64,000 nucleotides of DNA from Octopus sinensis (Eukaryota): positions 80,414,001 to 80,478,000 of the forward strand of contig NC_043002.1 in the NCBI RefSeq assembly GCF_006345805.1, written 5' to 3'. This document shows positions 53,271 through 64,000 of this stretch, piece by piece. The notes under the pieces are model-generated. The model saw nothing but the letters and a program-made list of their open reading frames with translations. It was not told where the DNA came from and searched no databases. The position numbers and the translations under genes were made by a program. Within the stretch, counting starts at the first letter, position 1. Each line of letters begins with the position of its first letter.

Positions 53271-53299
53271 GTTTTTGTATTATTCCCATCATCCTTCGC

Positions 53300-53488
53300 C
53301 ATGGTTGCAGAGCTGGCAGAATCGTTAGCACGCCGGTACATTCTGTGTTCAAATTCCGCCGAGGTTGACTTTGCCTTTCAACCTTTCTCGGTCGATAAAT
53401 TAATTACCAGATAAGTACTGGGGTTAATGTGATTGACTATCCCTCTCACCCAAATTTCAGGCCTTGTTCCTATAGTAGAAAGAATTAT
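53300..53488 (+). mobile_element. SINE family B followed by long (ATT)n
   Basis: GAGCTGGCAGAATCGTTAGCACGCCGG..GTTCAAATTCCGCCGAGGTTGACTTTGCC. Confidence 0.85.
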
Positions 53489-53490
53489 CA

Positions 53491-53553
<63 letters not shown>

Positions 53554-53668
53554 TATTATTATTATTATTATTAATTATTATTATTAATTATTATTATTAT
53601 ATATTATTATTATTATTATTATTATATTATTATTATTATATTATATTATTATTATTATTATTATATTA

Positions 53669-53704
<36 letters not shown>

Positions 53705-53717
53705 CATTATTATTATT

Positions 53718-54376
53718 GCGTGAGAGAGCAGTGCATGCTATCAAAGTGATACTGGGGTAAAATATACGAAGCCCAGTATACCCATCATAACTACCCGTCT
53801 GATTAGGGTACACCAGGCACATGCATCACAACCATAAGTGCGCGACATGGTGATCTCATATCAAGATAGACAGAGCATGACCTTGCAGGTGGGACCCAGT
53901 TAGAATTTTCTTCGGGTCGAGTAGCCCATCCCGCTCAAAAAGTCCATGTTTAAGGATGTTGAACGAACCACCGATGTTTCCAAAAGTGAGTTATCCAAAC
54001 CTCCAAGAATTCCTCTCAACACACGGCTATGATGCTGCCCCACTACTTCTACTCGTGATCAGAGATGCACATATCGTCAGCCACTAAGGGACATGGTCAA
54101 CTGGTTAAGGTCAAACAACTGACAAGCAAATCTGTGGTATTGGGCAGAATATTTGCTGTAGCACATCTTTTATACCAAGACATGACGATGTATATGATAA
54201 AACTTCCAATCAGTTAAGATCAGAAGCCACGAGAGCCACTGCCTGGTACTGCATCAGGGCATGGTACTGCATCAGGGCATGGTACTGCAACAGGCCATGG
54301 TACCGCATCAGGACATGGTACTGCATCAGATCATGGTACTGCATTAGGGAATAAGGTACTGCATCAGGCTAGTGCC
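53718..54376. mobile_element. ~660-bp non-coding element inserted in (ATT)n, with a terminal 18-bp tandem repeat
   Basis: A GC-richer block flanked on both sides by (TTA)n. About 7 copies of TGGTACTGCATCAGGGCA lie at 54244-54369. Confidence 0.55.
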
Positions 54377-54857
54377 TTATTATTATTATTATTATTATAT
54401 TATTATTATTATTATGAAGCATTTTATCTGCTAAATATTGGTTTCCATTTAATAGCATTTTCCCTGATATTAACTTATACTGTATAACTTATAAGTATGA
54501 GTATGATTATATTTAACAATATCTCTGATATTTTCCTTGTTTCATGTTATGTCGCCAACTCATCTGCTTTTTATTTCATAAGTATTCACACAAGTTTTTC
54601 TCCTTTATTTTTTTTTTTCATTATCATTCGCTCTTCCTCCACATCACCCATTCATTACATCCTTCCTTCCAAGCACCTCTTCTTCCGTTTTTCGTCACTT
54701 CTACGCATGCTCCATTAATTACATTTTCATTTTTCTCGCTTTACAATGTTTCCTACATTTAAGGAGTCTTCAGCCGTTCACCATGAGAGACACACACATA
54801 CATAGATGACACAAATATACACAACTATAGACAGGTGTAACCACGCAGGAAGAAATG

Positions 54858-54891
<34 letters not shown>

Positions 54892-57519
54892 AGCAAACAG
54901 ACACATACACACACACACACATGCACACACAAGCACCTCCACATACATGTATGTAAGTATGCGTTTGTGAAGAGGGGTATGTGCGCAGCAAGTCAATATT
55001 TGAACAAAACCACACACTCTCTCTCTCACACACACATATACACACATACACACTTGCACATGCATGTACGTATATACAGATCCACACTCATACACACAAA
55101 GACAAAGGCTGCCATAAAATTGCACATGTTCACACGTATATATTGGCAAGTATATACACACTGACACAATTTGCGTACGCATATAAACAATAAATATAAG
55201 CAAGCAAACATACACACACACACACATACATATATGTATATATATATATATATAATATATATATCAGTAACACTGTGTTAGCATATATGTATATATATAT
55301 ATATATATATTATATATACATGTACGTAGAAATGTATATATACATATTTGGAAGCATAGGTAAATATATATATATATACGTACATATATGCGAGAATATA
55401 TATGCATACATATATCTCCTTTCACAGTCATACATACTGATATCCATCACACTCAAACTCACACGATCATCGAAAGAAGAAATAAAATAAAACACACATG
55501 ACAAGCAATGCGAAACTTCAAAGACGGCAACTTCATAAGATCGCTGGGCCGTGAAATACAAACTTACAAAACACCTATCAAGTAAGATATATGTACGTGT
55601 GAGTATATATGTATGTATGTATGCATGTATGTATGTATGTATGTATGTATGTATGTATGTATGTATGTATGCATGTATGTATGTGTGTATGTGTGTATAT
55701 ATATATATGTGTGTGTGTATATGTGTACTTGTGTATGAATGTATGTATATATATAGATGTATATATATATATATATGTACACATATATGTGTGTGTATGT
55801 ATATATGTATATATATATATACGTATGTATACATATGTATATATACGTAAGTGTGTGGTATATTGCTTGCTTATGTATGTGTGTTTGTGTGTGCGCATGT
55901 GAGTTTGCAGGCACACTTGTCATCGTGTGTGAGTATGAACATATAAGTGTATGTATATATATAAATATATTCGGCTGCGTGTGTGTAGTATGTATATAGA
56001 TGCACACACACATACTCACACATTTAGATAAATGTTTGAACAAATATATATATGCCAATATATGTGCATGCATATTTAGATATACACATACATACACACA
56101 CATATATATATGTGTGTGTATATATATATTTATAGATATATACATACATGCCTACATATATATATATATATATATATAAACATATAGATGTATGCATACA
56201 TATGTATGGGTTATGATATATATCTGTGTGTTTTTGCATGACTCTCTGTGTGTGCGTGTGTGTGGGGGTGTTTTTATGGGCGTGGGTCTAGTTGTGTGTA
56301 CGTGGTTTCATAGGCGAACCTTTACCTGTGTATGTGTATGCGAAATGCATATATATGTGTGCGTGTGTTCGCTTCTTTAAGCGTTTATTGCTCGAAACAG
56401 AACTGAAATTTTAACAACAATATCTTATTATGGCACTCACACGCCTCATATACATTTACCTGTTTTCATATGTGTATAAGTCAGTGTTTGTATGAGTGTA
56501 TTTATCAATATTTATATGTATGAGAGTATGCACATATGAATACATTGCTTTTAGCAACTCTTTTAATGCTAACAAAGGCACACATGCAATTTTAGACACA
56601 TCCATATGTAGGATTGTACGTCTACACACACTCATATTAATATATGTATGTGCATGTGTATGTGTGTGTGTTTATGTATGTGTGTGTGTAACAGATTGTT
56701 TGTACTTATATCTTTAGGGGTTAGCTCGTTCCATCTATTCCTTCTGTCTATACAATGTTGTCGCTCTTCTAATATAAAGTTATATGCCTTTGCTAACCAG
56801 TGTCATTGAAAAATACCACACAAAAATTACCTTTGGTTTTATTATTAAAATGCATATACATTTCTTCCTACCACTACATACATACATAATAAATTTTATT
56901 GAGGAAAGTGTAGTCAAATCAATGTTACGAACGTTTTCATGAACGAACGTAATTTAGTTCATATTACAAAATTATTATGCAATACATTCAATAAGCGCTT
57001 ATTCACTCCTTCAAACATTTTAATTTGAATCACAGCCAATTTATGATATAAACGCGCAACAGAGTGCACATTTTCCGCTCTACGTTGGCGTACCACCGAC
57101 ATGCTAACTGACAAAATTTATGCAATTGTTTTTCAATCAACCACCTAAGATTGTCCTTCACATAAGTATAGCTATTTTAACAGTAGGCTAGCCAGTTTCC
57201 TGTAAGAAGTACTGATTAGGTGATCATGTGGAATATGGTTATATTTCAAATGTATATATGTATAAATGTGTGTGGGTTTCCATATGTGTTTTTGTTTATG
57301 TGTGCAGGCGCATGTGTGTGTGGATGTACATATGTCGTAATTTAAGTGGTTTAAACTATATTAAAATATATTTTATATAGCGGGTGCATTATCACATACG
57401 GAATACAGTAACTTATACATCATGCTCATCTAGCGTCTATCTAATTTTATAAAGCGCAACTAATCCTTTCTCCCATTGGACATTCGCTAATGGTGGAAAC
57501 TCATTGTAGATTGTCACAT

Positions 57520-58075
57520 CCTTCTCTAATTTCCTTTTTCTCCCCTTCACCGTTTTCTACCTCTCTCTCTATCCCTCCGCTCTTTCTCTTTTTCTCTCTC
57601 TCTCGTTGCTCACACGTAAACTTTCTTTTCCTGCACGGACATTCTAAGGACTGAATGTTTTCTATCTCTCTCTTCTATCTTTTCTCTTTCAGATAAAATA
57701 TTTCTTCTAGCGTTCCCTATCTTTCCTCTCGTTCTGGTCTAGCTACCCTCCATGTTTGTTTTTGTTCGGTTTCCTTGTATGTTTCCACTGTCCTGTTTTT
57801 GCTCCGAAATTTGACCATACATAAAATCCAAAATTTACATAAAATCAAAACTTTAAGTTATGGGAGCAACTGTATTCGAAGACTCATATTGTCATTGAAT
57901 GCTCGAAATGAGAAGTAGATAGACAGCTGACAACTGATGAAGGGTCGTTTTTTGTGTTACTTGTCCTGTTTTTAATTTTTTCTCTCTCGTTGTTTGCGTA
58001 TTTAACTCGCTTGTTTTCGTATTTCATGTTTACAGTTGGTGACGTCCTGTACCCATATATGCATATATATTTTTT
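57520..58075 (+). mobile_element. Diverged paralog of the 50375-51070 element
   Basis: Shares CTCTCTCGTTGCT.ACACGT, CACTGTCCTGTTTTTG, ACAACTGATGAAGGG and GTCCTGTACCCATATATGCAT. Confidence 0.55.
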
Positions 58076-58084
58076 TTCAATATT

Positions 58085-58285
58085 TTACCGCTGTTTATCG
58101 TTGGCGATTTTCTTTCTCCGTCTTCCCTTCTTTGGACTTTTTCTATATTTCTGATGAAGAGCTCCGCTCGAAACGTGAAATCCGCTTTCTTTTCTTCCCT
58201 TTCCTGAGCGTCCAATAACACTATAATTATTCCTCGTTCTCGCGTTGTTGCATTTTCTTGCTTGTTCATGTTTGGATTGACTATG
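58085..58285 (+). mobile_element. PLE-type terminal repeat fragment with minimal hammerhead motif (58147-58181)
   Basis: ATTT-CTGATGA-AGAGCTCCGCTC-GAAACGTG-AAAT. Paralog of 30445-30645. Confidence 0.7.
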
Positions 58286-58296
58286 CATATACATAC

Positions 58297-58352
<56 letters not shown>

Positions 58353-59507
58353 TGTGTGTGTGTGTATATATGCATATATTTATTTATATTATAATTATTA
58401 TTATATATATATATATACATACACACACGTATGTATATAATCTCCATAAGTTGTGATATAAATTGCGCTTAGTGTATACTCTTAAAGGAAACCATACTCT
58501 TCTCGAAGCACACATGATTCCATGTAAGCTCTCTAGTCAGATTTTGTTAATTTAATGCCAGAAATCACCATTTGTCCGAAATGGAAGAGGAGTGTATGGT
58601 TCGGGTAAAATTTCTTGCTGATAAAATATTGGGACTTTATTACACCAGCACTCAGCATATTTTCGGGCATTTGAGATGTAATTCGAATAATTCTTGATTC
58701 GAACAAATGATATTCGTTTAACTGAGAATCGTTTGTATGCGATGTCATGCATGTGATTTTTATATAATTGCATGCATACACATATACACACATGCAATTT
58801 TATACAGTCATATATATATATAAATATATGTACGTATGTATATACTCGAAAATCTCCGTGTTGATATATATATGTATTGTTCTTTATAATAGAGATACGT
58901 GAGTATGTCTGTTTGCTAATGTTCTTGTAAATGAATCTTTTAATGTGAACGAGTGCACTGTTGTTTGTACTAAATTTCAAACACGTAAACACACGTATAT
59001 GTTATACACAAGCACTGTGTTATCATTTTTTTGCTCGGGCGATTCCCCAATTTACTTTTATTAAGGGACAATGTAAAACATACAAACTAGTGTGCAGTAC
59101 GATTCCAGCGAACTCGGTTCACTGACTGATCAATATCGATATAGTCGTAAGCAATAATTACAGTAGGAACCTTCAGCTAGTCCTTGGACATAACTATTTT
59201 TATAACTATTGTTTCATTTTTTATTACTTTTCTTTCACTTTTTGATGAATATTTGGATGTTTACCTGAAACCTATTACACTTATAATGCTTTTTCCGTTA
59301 TTTAAATGTATTGTCACTGACTACTTTTCAGTCCGAAATAACCGTTATAAACGTCTCAGAGTTCATTATATATATATAATATTTACTGAATACATATATA
59401 TATATTAATAATATTTACTGAATCTCAGTCTTTTATACGCTAGGCCACTGGTGTTTAAATTGATGTTATTAAATTAATATTCAATTTTTTCACCCTCTTT
59501 TTGACTT

Positions 59508-59553
<46 letters not shown>

Positions 59554-59863
59554 TATATATACATATATATATCAATAATAAAGTGATTGTTTCTTATCAG
59601 AAACAAAATGTTTAATAGGACTACTATAGAAGTGCTCAATTAAATGAGACAAATATATTAAACTATGGTTGCAGAACAAACAAATATAAGGTCATCCACG
59701 TAACATTTCATATCTCGAACATTTAATCACATAATGTTTTTTCTTTCACATAGAATATAGATGCATAATATATATGTATATATATATATATATAATATAT
59801 ATATATATATACATTCACACACACATATATATATATATATACATTCACACACACACACACACT

Positions 59864-59948
<85 letters not shown>

Positions 59949-60118
59949 ATGACAAAAATAAACACAGCACAGAAGAAAAGTGTTTAATGAACTTCAGTGC
60001 CAGCTATGTATTCAAAGTAGAAAAATGAGCATAAAAATCACTGTTCTTGATAACAACCCTCATGTTTGGGAATCATGATTTCTAAATAAACTTACATACA
60101 TATGAGTAAGAAAATTAC

Positions 60119-60335
60119 CCTGACCAAAAGCTGATTTATAATTTATATCAGAGAGGTAGATTTCGTGCTCACGACCCTTTTTATGGACTCCGAATTTTGA
60201 TACGAGGAAACTAAGACGGTAGCTTTGATACTTTAGACGTGACAGGAATGCTTCAACAGAGGATACCCCACTAATGATGCGAAAATTGCCAGGTGCTGGT
60301 GTTAAACCGGACAACGGATAAATCCTATAATCTTG
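60119..60335 (-). CDS. Candidate coding segment or exon, unknown product
   Basis: 72 stop-free complex codons (DYRIYPLSGLTPAPGNFRIISG..SAFGQG) ending at a CAGG|GTAATT donor-like site. The acceptor is poor. Confidence 0.15.
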
Positions 60336-62067
60336 TCATCAGTTCATCGTATCAGATTCGTACTCTCTTTATCATTTCCGAAAGGAGGAACAGCAAAGAT
60401 AATCTCCGTGGAATAAGGGTCTCAGAACACAGTACCAGGATATATACGAACACGTACTTCATCCGGCTTGGTAGGGAATGCCAACTCGTAGCATAACGTT
60501 GTTGTTGCCGTTGTTGTTGTTGTTGTTGCTACTGAAGATGCTACTTCCTTTATTATTGCCCTAATCTCCATGCCATTCCTAATAGAAGAGTGTCTATTTT
60601 CCCCAGTAGGAGTAATGCGTATCCAGATTAGGCCTGACTTTTTGAAAGTATATTACGTAATTCTCTGAAAACTAGGTTCATATTTCTAGCAGCACAAGTG
60701 GCTATTTAGAGCCTACCTTGTTTTAGAAATAGATATTGTGAACTCAAATCGTCTGTATATTTGCTGTTTTTAATTACCCTAAGCTAATCATGTCACAAGA
60801 AATAATCATTTAAGTTGTGGTTAACTAGTTTATTTCTGGATCAGCTGAAGTAAACTGTATTCGAAAGAACAATGATGTAAATCATTCTACTCTGGGCTTT
60901 GCTATCTTTCCCAATACATAATGTATTTAGGACTACAAATCAAAAGTGTCATTGCACTTTTAAGGTGGTACGTTGTGAATAGAAACAAGATTACGTTGTT
61001 TTACTTCTAGCTTCTCGAGTGATCATGTTGACAATAGAATACATCGTTGATACACTTAGTGCAGACAAAATATATGAAAACCTATTGTATACTATGAAGT
61101 ATTTTTACGATATAAAAAAATAGTTAACGATTTTATAAATTCACGTACTCGAAACGTGTCATGACCTCCTTATATGCCATCCTACATCAGATCAATACCG
61201 AAGGATTTATTTCATTATGTTGATCTCAAGACTAACTGCTCTGCATCTCCTGTTATAGCAACTACACATATTACCGTATGATATTTGCTTTGTAAGTAAA
61301 CAAGTTACAATCAAGAAGGGAATATAACGAATACTTTTTCGCCAAAGGGGTTTTTGGGGGTTTGAAACAGTTTTCTCAATTTCGTATCAGGGAATTATCT
61401 TAAATGGAAAAGGTATTGCATCAACTGCTCATCAAGCGTGCTCTCATGAACCAATGGGAATTACCCGAAGTAACATAGCATTCAATAATACAATCAGCTT
61501 TGTCTTTCATCTGGTAAATGCTGCCGATTCCAGTGTTAACATGAGGCTTGATGACCTCTGTTGGCCTCTGCAAGCACTTGGCAATAATCACCGTCAATTG
61601 ATTCAGCATATACATGGTATACATTTATACATTAGGTAGTTCTGGGAACGACTCGAAAATGGCATGATGCCTTTGGACATGCGTTGGTGGTTAGAACTAA
61701 ATAGAATATCGTAAACAATCTGCTGAGATAATATACAGTCAATTTTGATGTATCTGTGTACACTTGAGTAAATAAAGAAATATATTTTAGTCGTCCCGGG
61801 AAGAAAGTGTTTTCTCTTTTATTTTTAAACAGCATAAAAGTCAGAATTTGGATCAAAACTTTCATATAATAAATCTAAAGATATTCAAATAGCAAATATT
61901 TCACGATAAAATAGATTCGAATTTCCAAAGGATTGTGAGAGAATTTTCAAAGGACTGACAGAGAAAAGAGTAACGTAAAGTATCAAAATTGTAAGCCTTT
62001 CAGTTAATAATATATTAAAGAATGCGCTAAAATTACGTGTTGGCTTCCGTACTCAGGGTACCACTGC

Positions 62068-62170
62068 GTGACACCTTCAGCAACTACTTTCTACTGAAGC
62101 TTCGGGCCAACCAAAGCCTTGTGAGGGGATTTGATAGACGGAAAATGAAAAGAGCCAGTTCTATATATAC
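62068..62170 (+). mobile_element. SINE family A fragment
   Basis: CCACTGCGTGACACC..CGGGCCAACCAAAGCCTTGTGAG..GACGGAAA. Confidence 0.75.
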
Positions 62171-62378
62171 ATATATGTAGGCAAATTTGTTGTTGAAAAT
62201 GCACCTAAATTTGAAAAAATTGTAATTGTTTAAAATAAAATTTATTTACATATATACTAAACTAGCTTCAACAATATTTTTTGTTTAGAATAATGAATTA
62301 GAAAAGCATCTTTTTGGGATCGATAAGTACCAGTAAAACACTGAGGTCAATGTAATTGACTAGCCCCCACTCCCCCAA

Positions 62379-62443
<65 letters not shown>

Positions 62444-62464
62444 CATTATTATTATTATTATTAT

Positions 62465-62890
62465 GTAAGCAAAATTGTTACTATGCCGGACAAAGTACAT
62501 ACTAAGCAGTATTTCGTCTGATCATTAAAAACTGAGTTCAATTTCAGTTGGGGTCCTCTTCATCGTATCCTTTCGGTGTCGATAAAGTATCAGGCAGTTG
62601 AACACAAAGATCGAATTTGGTACATGCGAACAGGTCGTGTCTATAATAATTGGTTCGCTGGGAGTAGTAAGCAAGTATAAAGACAAATGGCTGAAGGAGA
62701 TTGAAATAGAATGCCCGGTAGAGCTCCTTCGGCAAGTTTGTCTTTTAAGGAGAGCTAGGATTATAAGGTGGGTTCTAAGCACTTGAAAGACTGCTGAAAA
62801 TTTGTGGATACCCAAGGTTACAGTTAGTAACCCGCTATCCGCAAAAATTCTTCCAGGATTAAGACCGAACTGGAATCAAACCAAAATAAT
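62465..62890 (+). mobile_element. R4/Dong-like LINE 3' end
   Basis: KYQAV..RIWYM/VVSIIIGSLGVVSKYKDKWLKEIEIECPVELLRQVCLLRRARIIRWVLST* (stop at 62784-62786), a ~95-bp 3'UTR, then (ATA)n. Confidence 0.75.
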
Positions 62891-63834
62891 AATAAACACA
62901 ACAATAATAACAATAACGATGTCGGTGATTATGATGATGATGATGGTGATGATGATGATGATGATGATGACGATGATGATGATTATGATGATGATGATAA
63001 AGCCTCACAGATTTCAATGGCTTCGTTTATATTTAGATATCAGGTTTCTGACAATTATTTCATGTTGTTTCTTTTTTTTTCTTGTTTTTTTGTTTCCCAT
63101 CTTGCTTATCCAGCTCGTATTTCACGTTCCTCTTCCAAACTGCTTTCTGACTGTTTTTGCTTTACAACGCATCCGACATTTTTCAAAGAGAAAACATGGC
63201 GGTTGTGTTTCAACAAAGCCACATAAAGACACATGATTAAACCTCGTGTGAATTTGTTTCCTTCCCGCTTTTTTAATGCTTGTTAAGTCGTAAAACATTT
63301 TCTCCCAGTCAAGGAAGAAAACCAACAAAGAAAAAAAAAATACACAGGCACACACATGCACGCACGTACGAACGCACACGCAAACAGATGTATGCACACA
63401 CATATACACACTAAAGATAAAGATTCTCGTATTACCACATCAGAGTCCAGCATGTCGGTAGCGATCGTCTGTTACAGCAGTTACGTATATACTGACATTT
63501 GTGTGGGTAGATACATGTATGTACGTATGTATGTATGTATGTATGTATGTATGTATGTATGTATGTATGTATGTATGTATGCGTGTATGTATGTATGTAT
63601 ATACATATATATGTATAATGTATGTATGTTAAAGGCGTACATGCATACACCAATGCATACGCGCTACACATATATACATATATGTGTATGCATACATACA
63701 TAGATACATATTTCCATGTTTTTCTGCTTTTGTCTCCCAAAACGTCTCCCCTTCTCTCTCTCTCTCTCTCTCCTTCCCTCTCGGCTTCCAGACATAAACA
63801 CAAAAACTCTCTCAGTAAAAAGCAGATGCATACA

Positions 63835-63858
63835 TTCATATATATATGTATATATATA

Positions 63859-63889
<31 letters not shown>

Positions 63890-63925
63890 GTATGCATGTA
63901 TGTATATATATATATATATATTATA

Positions 63926-63979
<54 letters not shown>

Positions 63980-64000
63980 TATAATATATATATATATATA
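63835..64000. repeat. Degenerate (TA)n tract
   Basis: Visible at the window end. Confidence 0.95.

Noticed and set aside
61421-61640. Complex ORFs on both strands as a possible exon
   Set aside because: No recognisable family and no clear acceptor; insufficient support.

Overview
AT-rich eukaryotic non-coding DNA packed with microsatellites and transposon relics. The SINE families and microsatellite load look cephalopod/octopus-like (inference). No intact protein-coding gene is supportable, and almost all listed ORFs are microsatellite translations. The main discovery is a 4.4-kb array (20671-25047) of a ~474-bp unit. Each full unit carries a type I hammerhead ribozyme motif on one strand, within a unit full of hairpins whose mismatches read as G-U wobbles on that same strand. 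About 6 units point left and about 3 point right, joined head-to-head, and both ends run into (TA)n. This resembles a non-LTR retrozyme or Penelope pseudo-LTR concatemer. Several other minimal hammerhead motifs and head-to-head inversions occur near Penelope-like (PLE) remnants. The window also contains a decayed Tc1 transposase, a pogo/Tigger transposase split by a Helentron-like MITE, R4/Dong-like REL-LINE 3' ends sitting in (TAA)n, a putative LINE 3'-end family sitting in (TACA)n, a Tx1/L1 3' end, three tRNA-derived SINE families, local tandem duplications and a 100-N gap.
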